Below are positions 1 to 12,690 of a stretch of 64,000 bases of DNA, piece by piece. The stretch is from NCBI RefSeq assembly GCF_963921235.1, contig NC_086097.1, positions 187,180,001 through 187,244,000 of the forward strand, read 5' to 3'. A program made the position numbers and the translations under genes. The notes under the pieces were generated by a model. It was not told where the DNA came from, did no database searches, and was given only the letters and a program-made list of their open reading frames with translations. Origin of the DNA: Mobula hypostoma (taxonomy: Eukaryota). Numbering within the stretch: position 1 is the stretch's first letter; every line of letters starts with the position of its first letter.

Positions 1-99
1 CGATCCACTCCAGGACTTTCAGGATTGACCAGACACAGCAACTTACCTTGGAAGCGTAGTAAGAGAACTGGGTTGCAGATGAAACTGAAGCAGTGTGGG

Positions 100-2500
100 G
101 CCAAGTCCATCCTTGCCAGCACACTGCTAGCTAATGTCCAGGCCATCAATAACAAAGTTGACAGTTCACAGGAAAGACTGACCACCAAAGAGAAATGAGG
201 GACTATTGTGTGCTTTATCTCACTGACTGTACCTGCTTTACGACTGCACCATAAACTCAAGGGCTACTCAGTTTATCAGATGGATCGTACAGTCTCCTCA
301 GGCAAAGTTACAGGTAAAAGGGTCTGCTAATCAACTCCTCACGGTGCTCAGACATGATGGTTTTGACAAGCTCCTCTTACCCAGCTTAGAATATCTAACT
401 GTGGAGTGTTACCCATAGTACCTGCCATGGGAGTTCACTTCAGCATGTCTCCTGTACCAATAGTCCCAAACACCCTGACCATTTCTATACACAACCCTCG
501 TCCACACTTCAGTAAATCAGATCACTAGGCTGTGCTCTTTCTCCTTGCATACAAAGAAAAGCTGAAATGGGAGAATCCAGTACAGAAAGTGGTGCAATGC
601 TGGTGTGAAGAAATAGATGAATTTCTATGCAACTTCTTTGAGTCAGTTGACAAGTTTTTGTTCAAAGACATAGCTGCCAGCCTGGAGGAGTATGTCAGTA
701 CCATCATGAACTTTATCAGCAAATGTGTATCAAAGAAGGCAGTCTGAGTGTTCCCTAATGCAAAACCATGGATGAAGGAGGAGATCCACTCTCTACTTAA
801 TCCTACGACTGCAGCATTCAAGTCAGCTGACCCTGATCATTACAAGAAATTAAGCTACAACATCCATAAAGCTATAAAAATGTCAAGAGGCAATACAAAA
901 TTGAGTCAAAAACCAATTGTCAGTTATGACAGGGCTTACAGGTTATGAAACAAAATTGGGCAGCATCACCAACAACAGCATATCCCTTCCAAATGAGTTT
1001 AATTCATTCTACGGAGGGATCAGTATGTTATCACCCACCTTGACATTCTCCAGTACACTTCAATCTGCAGTCACAATTGCAGATGGAGATCAGTTTTCTG
1101 GACAGGGAACCCTGGATGGTGTCCCTTCCTTAGATCTTCTGCAGATCAGAGGTAGGAGGTATTTGCACACATTTTTAACCTCTCCCTGCTTCATTCTGTG
1201 GTTCCCACCTACTTCAAGAAGACCACTATGATCCCAGTTCCGAAGAAAATCAAATTAACATGTGTTAATGACTACAGCCCAGTTGCTCTGACATCCACCG
1301 TCATGAGGTGCTTTAGGAGGATGGTTGCATATGCATTCCCTCTGGCCTTCCAGACAAACTCAATCCACTGCAATTCAGTTACCAATGAAACAGATCCATG
1401 GTAATGCCATCTCCTTGGCCCTACACTTGCTTCTCGGAAAGGTGAAAGGTAAACACACCTACATTAAATTACTGTTCATTGTCTATAATTCTGCCTTAAA
1501 TACTATAATTCCAATTAAACTCATCACCAAACTCTAAAACTGGGACTCAACGCCTCAATTTCTTGACCAGAAGATGACTGTCGATAAGGATAGGAAGCAA
1601 CACCTCCATCATGATTACTCTTAACACTAGGTTGCATCCTCAGCCCCCTACTCATGACTGTGTGGTCAGATTCTGCTCTAATTTCACCAACAAGTTCACT
1701 GTAGTGGGCCAGGGCCATATCATAAATAATGATAAGTCAGAGTACAGGAAGAAAATGGCTTAAAAACATGGCATCATGCAAAATCCTTTCCCTCAATGTC
1801 AGAAAAACTAATGAGCCTGTCATTGAACTCAAGAAGGGGAGTTGTGTACATGCTCTTCTATATCAGTGGTGTAGAAGTTGAGAGCTTCAATTTCCGAGGA
1901 GTGAATATCACCAATAATCTGTCCTGATTGAACCACATAGATGCCATGGTCAAGAAAGCTCAACAAAGCCTTTACTTCCTCATGTCCCCTTCAACCCAGA
2001 ACAATTTATGTTGACGCACCACAGAAAGCATCGTAACCAGATGCGCTATGGTATAACAACTGCTCCTCTTGGGACTCCGAGAAACTGCAGAGTTTCAGCA
2101 CCTTATGGAAACCAGCCTCCTCCATGGACTCTCTCCATATTTCTCACTGCCTTGGTAAAGCAGCCAATATAATGAAAGACATCACCCACCCCAAACATAC
2201 TGTTCTTCCTCCTCTCATTGGGCAGAAAATACAAAAGTCTGAAAGCAGCAGGCTTAAGGACAGATTCTATCCCATTTTATTACTAGTGAATAGTTCCCTA
2301 GTACAAAAAGATGCACTCTTGGCCTCACAAGCTGCTTTGTTATATCTTGCACCTTTTTGTTTACCTGTGCTGCACTTTCTTTATTACAATTTATTCTGCA
2401 TTTTGTTATTTTACCTTGTACTACCTCAATGCACTGTGTATGAATTGATATGTATAAATAGTATGCAAAACAGACTTTCACTGTGACCACGATAATAATG
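100..2500 (+). mobile_element. Degraded Rex1/Babar-type non-LTR retrotransposon (APE + RT remnants)
   Basis: LLANVQAINNKVD (APE start, ~125); FPNAKPWM; PTYFKKTTMIPVPKK..NDYSPVALTSTVMRCF (RT, 1198-1404); many stops and frameshifts; typical T-rich 3' UTR. Ends approximate. Confidence 0.75.
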
Positions 2501-2569
2501 TTAATAATAAAAAATCAATAGCAATAAATCAAATCTCAGTATTCCAATGTTGAGATATGCGGGTACAGC

Positions 2570-2985
2570 ATATTAGGAAAGTTAAGAGAATATTATCGTT
2601 GGGGAACGTGAATATAAAAGTACTGAGGTTATGCTTCACTTATAAAGGCATCAGTAAGACCTCATCTGGTGTACTGTGTACAATACTGTTATCCTTGTTT
2701 AAGGAGGGATATTAACACATTGAAAGTAGTCCAGAGGTAATTTACTGACTAGTAGCTGAAATGAGGAGATTGTCTTTTGTGGAAAGTTTGAGCAGTCCAG
2801 GCATATTACTTACAGTACAAGAGTTAAAAAAAAATCAGACAGAAATCCTAAGGGGTCTTGACCAGGTACATTTGGAAACAATGAGGCTGAATCTAGAATT
2901 AGGTTTAAAAATAAGGTCCATTTAAGACTAAATTGAGACAGATTATTTTCTTTAGGAGGGTTGAGAGTCTTTGGAAATTTTCCCC
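2570..2985 (+). mobile_element. Old CR1 LINE 3' fragment
   Basis: Degenerate LYKALVRPHLEYCVQ/VQRRFT-type sequence that matches the better CR1 copies in this window. Confidence 0.6.
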
Positions 2986-2994
2986 TCAATGGAA

Positions 2995-4885
2995 TGAGAA
3001 TCAGGTTTAATATCACTGGCATATGTCATGAAATTTATTGTTTTGTGGCAGCAGTACATTGCAATACATAAAAATAAAAAGTATAAATTATTATAGGGAA
3101 CATGTATATAAAATTAAATTAAGTATGTAGTGCAGAAAGAGAAGAGGAAAAATACTGAGGTAGTGTCACGGGATCATTGTCTATTCAGAAATCTGATGGT
3201 GGAGAAGAAGAAGTTGTTCCTGAAATATAGAGTGTCTTCAGGCTCCTGTACCACCATCTTCATGGCAGTAATGAAAAGAGGGCATATTCTGGATGATGGG
3301 AGACTCTAATGATGGATACCCACCGTTTTGAAGCATCGCCTTTAGAAGATATCCTTGATGCTGGGGAGACTAGTGCTGGTGATGGAGCTGGCTGAGTTAA
3401 TAACTTTCAGCAGCTTTTAGCTCCATCCTAGACAGTGATGCAGCCAGGCAGAATACTCTCCCTGGTACATCTGTAGAAATGTGAAAATCTTTGGTGACAT
3501 ACCAATTTTCCTCAAACTTCAAATGAAATACAGCGATGTCCCTTTTTTGTAACTGCATCAATGTGTTGCGCCCAGGATAGATCCTCAGAGATGTTGACAC
3601 CCAGGAACTTGAAACTGCTCACCCGTCAGTGCCAAATTTATAGACGGCATTTGAGCTGTGCCCAGCCTCACAATCGTGGATAAAGAGAGTATTGCAGTGA
3701 GGAGAGCCAGTGTTGTTTGTCCGCGAGGAAAAGATGTTATTTTTGGTGGGCACAGACTGTGGTCTCCCAGTGAGGAAGTCAAGGATCCAGTTTCAGAGAG
3801 AGGTACAGAGGCCCAGGATTTGGAGCTTGTTGATTAGAATTGAGGGTATGATTATGTTGAGTGCTGAACTGTCATCAATATACAGCAGGTTGACATAGAA
3901 GAAAAATCTGCAGATGCTGCTAATCCAAGCAACACACACACACTATGCTGGAGGTACTCAGCAGGACAGGCAGCATCCATGGAAAAAAAGAATAGTCAAC
4001 ATTTTGGGCCGAGACCCTTCACCAGGACTGGGTCTCAGCTGGAAACATCAACTCTACTCTTCTCTGTAGATGTTGCCCGGCCTGCTGAGTTCCTCCAGCA
4101 TTTTGTGTGTGTGGCCTGATGTAGATATTGTAATTGTCCAGGTGATCCAAGGCCAAGTGGAGAGGCAGTGAGATTTCATCAGCTGTAGACCTGGTGGGGC
4201 GAGAGGAAAATTGCAGAGGGTCCAGGTCCTTGCTTAGGTAGGAGTTGATTTTGACCATGACCAATCTCACAAAGCACTTCATTGCAGAAGATGTGAGTGC
4301 CATTGTGGAATAGTTGTTGAGGCACCTCTCCCCTCTCTTGGGCTCTGGCATAGTTGTCATCCTTTTGAAACAGTGAAAAATTGAGAGGTCCTTGAGCAGT
4401 CCCTCCAGATGGTTGGCACAGATTTTCAGAGACCTACCAGGTACACCATCAGGGCCTGACGCCTTGAAAGATGTTCTGACGTCAGTCTCCGAGATGGAGA
4501 TCACAGCATCGCCAAATGCTGCAGGGATTCACACAGTTGTAGTTTTATTCTCCCTTTCAAAGCATGCGTAAAATTAGTTCAGCACATCTAAGAGTGAATC
4601 ATCACAGCCATTCATGATGTTAGATTTTGCTTTGTAGGAAGTAATGGCCTGCAAACCCTGCCAGAGCTGACATGCATCTGATTCTGTCTATAATCTCAAT
4701 TGGAATTGTTTTTAACTCTTAAACTAACCTCCCTAGGTCATGCTTGGACTTCTTAATTAGTTCTGGATCAATGGTCTTGAATGCCACAGATCTAACCCTT
4801 GGCAGAAGATGAATCTTATGGTTCATTCACCGCGTTAGGTTTGGGTACGTTCAGTCTGCTCTCAAAGGAAAACACTCACCGACGC
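2995..4885 (-). mobile_element. Degraded Rex1/Babar-type LINE, interrupted by a PLE hairpin element
   Basis: Minus-strand ORF 4019-4504 KASGPDGVPGR..MALTSSAMKCF..LDPLQF..RSTADEI; 3' UTR near 3000-3200. Confidence 0.75.
3899..4113. mobile_element. PLE pLTR-derived fold-back mini-element with a degenerate hammerhead
   Basis: Inverted arms atgctggaggtactcagcagg...cctgctgagttcctccagcat; minus-strand motif cagtcctggtgaagggtctcggcccaaaatgttgact at about 3994-4030. Confidence 0.75.
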
Positions 4886-5337
4886 AGGTCTTGGAAGGTG
4901 AAAGCAGACTATTCAAATGTTCAAATATGTTTAAGGCAGATGAAAATAAATCCTTGATAAACAAGAGTATGAAATATTACCATGGATAGACAGAGATAGA
5001 GATTTAAGGTCCTATTAAATGATAGAATAGGCTTACTGAACTGAGCGACCTCATGGTGGTCCTCATTCATTAGTACATCTGTCTGCATGTGAATTGCAAC
5101 TCTGTATTTCTGGCATGACTAAGATTTTTAGGAAAATTTAAGGGCATTGACTTTAAGGATTGATTACATAAACCCCTATTTTCATGAAGGGGTAAACAAT
5201 TTCCATTCAAATCCTTAAAATTATGTTTACTATTGCATGCCTGTACTGAGTGTGTAAGTTCATTGTATCAGTTTCCCAACAATGATTTAGCATTTGTCAT
5301 GGACATGTTTTAAAGACACAGTATTTCAAAATATCTC

Positions 5338-5528
5338 ACACAAAATGCTGGAGGAACTCAGCAGGCCAGGCAGCATTTATGGAAAAGAGCAGAGTCAATG
5401 TTTTGGGCTGAGACCCTTCATCGGGACTTCTACTCATTTCCATAGATGCTGCCTGGCCTGCTGAGTTCCTCCCGCATTTTGTGTGTGTTGCTTGGATTTC
5501 CAGTATCTGCAGATTTTCTCTTGTTTCT
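5338..5528. mobile_element. PLE pLTR-derived fold-back mini-element
   Basis: Inverted arms; degenerate hammerhead at 5393-5428 (-); flanking direct repeats aaatatctc (5329-5337) and aaatatccc (5529-5537). Confidence 0.8.
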
Positions 5529-6775
5529 AAATATCCCTAAAGGTTTCATGAAAAGATACTGCATGAAACCACTGTTCTGGTGTTACTGCTAATGTTCTCC
5601 ATCAGATGCTTTGTGAAATAGTTGTCAATCCCATTTCAACAGCTACAATGAATATTTTGCATTGACTTGTTTTGCAGTTTTGTCTTTACCTTCCTGTATA
5701 ACTTAATTAAAATTTATGTTCTATACATTGTCTGAATCAATATGTCTGTGACACTGCAGCAACCACATTCTTCATTCCTCAATGTAATTGTGCACGTGAC
5801 AATAAGTTGATTTGACATGGTGGGGGTTGCAAGTGGATGAATGGCAAGAAATTTAAAAATTCTCAAACCAAGCCAAATCCATCTCCAGTCCCATAATTCT
5901 CTTTTTTTAAAAAAAAACAGGATAGGAATAAGTCAACTTACCCACTCCCAGGAGATGGCTTCATTTACTAAAACCATTCACAGAATCCATGAGCTTTCAT
6001 TGCAACAACATTTTTAGTTGTAAGGCACAATGTAACTTACAGTATCACTGTCCCAGAGACACATCCTTGACCTTGACCTTGCCTCAGGGATGGTCATTGT
6101 CTTTAGGGCCAGTGAGCTTATTAACACAAGGGGGTAGACAGAAGTGGAATTTTCACTGCAGGGAGTCTCATCCACCAGAATCAAGGCTTGGCTTGTAGCC
6201 TAAAGTATGGATACATTACTGTATATTAGAACATTGAAGATAGAGATAGAATAATGCAGCACAGGAACATGATATTTAGTCCACAATGTCTGTGCTGACC
6301 ATGTTGCCAAATGAAACTAATCCCATCTTTATGCAGATGATCCAAATCCATCCATTTCCTTCATGTTCCAGTGTCTATTTAAATGTCATTTAAATGCTGC
6401 AATGGAATTTATTTTCTCCTTTAATGAGGAATTGCTCAAATCTTTAATTCATTACCACAAGAAATAAATGAGGAAAATAACATTAAGTACCTTTAGAATC
6501 AGCTTGTGTATTTTTAAAGTAGCAGTATGAGAACATTTGAAAGAGTAAGTTTGTGCATTAATTTGAATACATTTTAAAGTATGAATATAATTTAGACAAT
6601 TTCACAATTATACAGTGCAATCAACACCACCAATGCTGCTGTCTTCATTACTGCTGGTTTGCACTTTCAATTACTTATACATGCAACTAGCTGTTTTATC
6701 ATGAGAAACCATAGTAATTAATTTATTTAAAGCAATTAAAAGCAATTATCTCTAATAGCCTTATGTAGTGATAAT

Positions 6776-6892
6776 TTTTTTATTTAGTGATACAGTTCAG
6801 AGAAGGCCCTTCTGGCCTTCGAGCCATGCTGCCCCAGCAACCCCACAATCCCAATTAATGGGACAATTTATAATGACCAATTAACCTACCCA
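6776..6892 (-). mobile_element. V-SINE (HE1-like) 3' fragment
   Basis: Reverse complement reads ggtaggttaattggtcattataaattgtccc, which resembles the V-SINE central domain, followed by a LINE-like tail ending aaataaaaaa. Confidence 0.45.
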
Positions 6893-7544
6893 AGTGAATG
6901 AATCAAGGTGATGAAAGGCATAGACTTTTTGAATAAATTCCGACCTTTCCTCTTATCAAGAGTGAGTAATGATTTTCAGAAATAAAGAATAAAGAGGTAG
7001 CAAAGGAGGGTTAAATGAAGTCATCAGAGAAAATCTGGCAGATCTGAAGAATCTTGAATGACAGAATTTGAGAAAGTGACTTCAATTTTGTGAAAGTAAT
7101 GTAACAGTAAATTCAGCAAAGAAATATCGAGTATTGTGGAATAAAAAGGTTAATAGATAAAGAAATAGTTAAAAGAAACAGGTTAATAAATAACTAATTT
7201 CCAACCAATTAAATACTAAAATGTAAATATAATATTATCTAAGTTGATAAAGTAAACTAAATAGAGTTGGATTCTGTACAAAAATGCATTTGGCTTATTA
7301 TGTAAAGATATGATTGATAGATAAAGTGGCTTCAAGATAAACCATAGGAGAGATAGGAGAGTCCAGGTGGAGTAGAAGGCCAGCAGAAGCCTATTGCCTA
7401 TAGCACCTGCTCTAGCTCACTTGTCTTGAGTGCTCATTTATCCATGTGTGCAGGCAGTGCTTCAAACTTCATCAATGAGTTGGATGTAATAGCCCAAAGC
7501 AAACTTGCTGCTGAAAGTGCCCACCAAGATCATCTGCTATTACT

Positions 7545-8068
7545 TGAAAACTTCTGCACAAATTGCAGAGAGCATTCTGACAGGCTGCATCACAGACTGG
7601 GATGGGGGGAAGGGGGTGGGGTCTACTGCACTAGACTGAGGAAAAAAATACTACAGGAAGTTTTAAAATTAGCCAGCTCCTTCATGGGTACTAGCTTCCG
7701 TAGCATCTTGGAGGAGTAATGCCTTAGAAAGTCGGTGTCCATTATGAAGGTCCTCCCATCAGCCAGGACATACCCTCTTCTCGTTGTTACCAGCAGGAAG
7801 GAGGTACAGAAGCCTGAAGGTACACACTCAGTGATTCAGGAACAGCTTCTTCCCCTCCGCCATCAAATTTCTAAATGGACTTTGGAACCCATGAACACCA
7901 CATCACTTCCCTATTTCTGTTTTTGCATGACTATTCTTAAATTAACTATTTAATATACATATTTCCTCTAACTGGCTTATTTTTTTGCTCTATTATCATG
8001 TATTACGTTTTACTGCTGCTGCTGTTCTTCCTGACGTATGCTGATGCTATTAAACCTGATTCTGATTG
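7545..8068 (+). mobile_element. Rex1/Babar-type LINE 3' fragment
   Basis: ttcaggaacagcttcttcccctccgccatca motif shared with the other Rex-type ends in the window; attaaacctgattctgatt tail. Confidence 0.6.
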
Positions 8069-9379
8069 AACTGGTCTCCATCCTTCCATATTTCACTCTT
8101 CCTCCTCTGAAGAAATGTTTTGCCGGAAAACATTAAGTTAGGCAAATACTTGCAAAAGGCATTCTCTATGGAAATGAAGTTGTTTAGTATACGTATATGT
8201 AACATGTAATGAATAAAGTTATAAAACTGAATTGGAATTTTTTGGGGTTACTTATGTAGCTGTTGTTAGTTGTAGAATGATGTGATGGTCGGTCATAAGG
8301 AATGGGAATTTGTTGGTCAGTAATAGGAACGTAGTATGTACTGTGGCACTGTTAGTCAAAGAGGAGCTGTACTGAAGTTACTACTGACACATCATGAAGT
8401 ATTTGCTGATAGAGAGTCCAGGCTGAATGTATGACATCTAAAATAAAATAAAGGAAATACACAGAAGGTTAAATAGTATATCTGGAAAAGGAAGCAATTA
8501 GTGCTTCAGATCTGAGATCCTAAATAGTTTGCAGAGGGAGGGAGTAGGTAAATCAAAGGGAATATTTCTGATAGGATTGGATTAAATGGGTTAATAGGCG
8601 CCATTGCAAACACAATATTCTTCTTTGTGCAATGTATTGTTAATAGTGAGACATGCTTAGCATGCCAGACTGAGCCAAGTTGAAATTGTTAGTATGTCTA
8701 TACACCAAAAAAAGTTATAAGACACAAAGTTAATGAAATTGATATTGAATCTGGAGGCTGGATAATGCAGTTTGTTCTTCGCACTTGCATTAGTCTGAGC
8801 AGGAGGCCACAGTGAGAATGATGGAGTGTGAATTGGATAGGAACTAAAGTGATAGGCAATCAAATGCTGAGATTCACTCATGGGTGCTTAATGCAAATGT
8901 TCATAAACTGATTACCCAATTTGTATTTGTTTACGCCCATGGCAAAGGAGTCTATGTTAAGAACACTGAACATTGAATGCAGCACACTGGATTGGATGAA
9001 TTCCAAGTTGTTAGATCTGGATAAGATTATCTCCAGAACGTTCCCTGGAAGGTCAAGAATAAGGCACAAATCTTATGGTTACAGCTAATTTATTAGATGT
9101 TCATCACAGTACATGAGAGACAAGGTCAGACTGTACCACCAAGCAAGGCAAATAAGAAGTAAAGTAATAGTAACAAAATAAAACAACCTGAGCACATGCT
9201 TTCCTTCTATATTGGCTTAGATAATAACCCTCTTTTGCAGGGACTGAGTAAATCACAGTTCACCTTGCAGAAAAAGGAACAGTAGAAGTATAAACCCAAA
9301 TATACTACATGTTACCAATTTTGCTGAAGAACAGGTGATTATACAAACATGTAAGCAAGTGTAAAGAATCAGATTTAAT

Positions 9380-10235
9380 ATCAAAGGTTCATTTATTATC
9401 AAAGCATGTACCCATATACAACACTGAAAATTGTCTTCTCCAGATAGCCACAAAACAACGAAAGGCCATGAAAGTTGTTCATAGAGAAACGTCAGACCCA
9501 ATACACTGCACAACAAAAAAATGGTATCCAGATTATCAAGCCCTCCCAAACCAGTCCCTTCACACAAAATGGAACAAGAACACTGACCCCCAAATGACCC
9601 CTCCCCCACACAAAAATACCAAACAGAACATCACCCCCCCACCCCCAAACTACTTCCCTCTCAAAGCAAAAGGAAAGGGAGATAAAAGAACAGATTATAT
9701 AAACTATAAGTCTGAAAAAGTCCACAGTCCAGAAGGCAGTAGTCCAATCCATAAACGCAGAACCACAACCCATCCTCTGATCTCACTGACATTCAGATGA
9801 AAGCGAGATGCTGCACAAGGCAGAGAGGCTTACCCCTGCCCTAACGAGCCACACAGCAGTAGACCACTCCCAGATTTCTTCTCAGCAACGTTCAAAAGGA
9901 AGGCAGTCAGCACTGAACTTGCACTCACCTTCTACACTTGCCTTGATGTCTCAATCTTCCTTGACGCTTTCATCGGAGATTAATGGACACTATAATGAGC
10001 AAAATGGCGCTAGTCTCAAAATGTCTTCACTTTGAGGTAGTCTGGTTATCTGCCGCTTTCCAGAGCACCATTTTGCTGATTTATAGTGTCTATTAATTGC
10101 CATTAAAGCATCAAGGAAGATTGAGACATCGAGGCAAAACGCTGGATCACTCTGACGATCGCTGGACTGTAAACTCCAGGCTCTAACAGTCCCAGAAACA
10201 CAATTAAGGTGAAAAACAGAAGCAAGAGAAATAAA
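9380..10235 (-). mobile_element. Unclassified non-coding SINE-like or non-autonomous LINE derivative
   Basis: Minus-strand 3' end (tgctttgataataaatgaacctttga) resembles LINE-type tails; no credible ORF. Confidence 0.3.
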
Positions 10236-10682
10236 ATGTCATGAAATTTGTTATTTTGTGGCAGCAGTAACTGAAATACATGGTAATAAAAAGTATGAAT
10301 TACAATAAGTATACCTAAAAAAATAAATTAAATATGTAGTGCAAAATGAGAGGGCAGAAAAAAATACTGAGGAAATGTTCATTCAGAAATCTGATGACAG
10401 AGGGGAAGAAGCTGTTCCTGAAACATTAAGCATGTGTCTTCAGGCTCCTGTAACAACTCCTTGGTAGTGGCAAAGAGAAGAGGGCATGTGCTGGGTGATG
10501 GGGTCCCTAATGATGAATGCTGCCTTTTTGAAACATTAGTATTTGAAGACATCCTGGATGCTAGGGAGGCTAGTGCCCATGATGGAGCTGGTAGAGATAG
10601 CAACCTTTTGCAGCTTTTTCCGATCCTGCACTGTGGTCCCTCCATACCAAGTGGTAATGCAACCAGTTTAGAATGCTCTGCT
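10235..10682 (-). mobile_element. Rex1/Babar-type LINE 3' fragment
   Basis: Colinear with 3020-3480 (tgtcatgaaatt...gtggcagcagta...ttcagaaatctgat). Confidence 0.7.
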
Positions 10683-10934
10683 TAGATTGAATGTGCAGCT
10701 CTTTCAGTTCAAGAAATGGAAATATTGATGTTGGGGCATGGTTCTCATTGTGTACTTTCTATGCAGGTGTTTCTGAAATAAAGCCATGAACCATATTAAG
10801 AGTGCATTACCACCACTTTCAATGGTTGCCCTTTGTCCAGCTGTTGAGGGTGAGTACACGTTACATTGAAGGTAGAGAATGAAGTAATTGTGTTGTTGCC
10901 TGAATAACATATATTTGGCTGAATTAAGTGGCTG

Positions 10935-12690
10935 CACCTTTTTCAAGTATGTTAAAAATAAAAGAGAAATGAGAGTGGATATAGGACCACTAGAAAATGA
11001 GGCAGAAGAAGTAATAATGGGGCACAAGGAGATGGCTGATGAACTAAATGAGTATTTTGCATCAGCCTTTACTGTAGAAGACACCAGCAGTATGCCTGAT
11101 GTTGTAGTGTGTGAAGGAAGAGAAGTGGGTGTATTTACTATTAAAAGAGAGAAGGTGCTCAAAAAGCTGGAAGACCTAAAGGTACATAAGTCACCTGGAA
11201 CAGGTGAACTGCACCTTAGGGTTCTGAAAGAGGTAGCGTTAGAGATTTTGGTGGCTTTAGAAATGATCTTTCAAAAATCATTGAACCTTGGCAGTTAGCC
11301 TGACCTCAGTGGTTGGGAAGATGTTAGTTAATTGTTAAGGATGAGATGAAGGAGCAGTTGGTGACACAGGACAAGATAGTACAAAGTCAGCATGGTTTCC
11401 TTCAGGGAAAAGTCCTGCCTGACGGACGTTGGAATTCTTTGAGGAAATTACGAGTACGATAGATAAAGGGGATGCAGTGGATGTTATATATTTGGCCTTT
11501 GACAAAGTGAGACTGCTTACCAAGTTAAGACCCCATGGTATTACAGGAAAGTTACTAACATGGTTAGAGCATTGGCTGATTGGTTGGAGGCAGCAAGTGG
11601 GAATAAAATGATCCTTTTCTAGTTGGCACATAGTGACAAGTTGTGTTCCTCAGGGGTCGGTGTTGGGACCACTTCTTTTTATGCTATATGTAAATGATTT
11701 AAATGATGGAATAGATGGAAAGATGGCTTTGTTGCCAAGTTTGCAAATGATATGAAGATTGGTGGAGGGGCAGGTGGCGTTGAGGAAACGGGTAGGATGC
11801 AGATGGACTTAAACGGATTAGAAGAATGGGCAAGAAAGTGGCAAATGAAATACAATGTTGGAAAATGCATAGTCATGCACTTTGATAGTAGAAATAAATG
11901 TGCGGACTATTTTCTAACTGGGGAGAAAATCCAACAATATGAGATGCAAAGGGACTTGGGAATCCTTGTGCAGAACATTCTAAAGGTTAACTTGCAGGTT
12001 GAGTCAGTGGTGAGGAAGGCAAATGCCATGATAACATTAATTTCAAGAGGTCTAGAATACAAGAGCAAGGCTGTGATGCTGAGGCTTATAAGGCACTGGT
12101 GAGGCCTCACCTTGAGTATTGTGAACAGTTTTGGGCCCCTCATCTCTAGAAAAGATGTCCTAGCATTGGAGAGGGTCCAGAGGAGTTTCACAAGGATGAT
12201 TCCAGGAATGAAAGGGTTATCGTATGAGGAACGTTTGATGGCTCTGGGTCTGTACTTGCTGGAATTCAGAAGGATGGGGGGGGATCTCATTGAAACCTTT
12301 TGAATATTGAAAGGCCAAGACAGAGTAGATGTGGAAAGGATGTTTCCCATAATGGGGGAGTCTAGGACAAGAAGGCACAGCTTCAGGATAGAGGGGCGCC
12401 CTTTCAAAACAGAGATGCGGAGAAATTTCTTTAGCCAAAGGGTGGTGAATTTGTGGAATTTGTTGCCACATGCAGCTGTGAAGGCCAGGTCGTTGGGTGT
12501 ATTTAACACAGAGGTTGATAGGTTCTCAATTGGACATGGCATCAAAGGTTACGGGGAGAACGCCGGGAACTGGGGTTGAGGAGGAGAAGAAAAAAGGGTA
12601 AGGCATGATTGAATGGTAGAGCAGACTTGATGGGCCAGATGGCATAATTCTGCTCCTATGTCTTATGGCCTTATTATGGTCTATGATTAT
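10935..12690 (+). mobile_element. 5'-truncated CR1 LINE (RT region to 3' end)
   Basis: LNEYFASAFTVED, KSPG, DAVDVIYL-AFDKV, WARKWQMKYNVGKC, LERVQRSFTRMIPG, RNFFSQRVVNLWN; short tandem-repeat tail (tcttatgg) at about 12660. Confidence 0.9.

Noticed and set aside
11907..12545. 212-aa minus-strand ORF
   Set aside because: Antisense shadow of the CR1 RT C-terminus.
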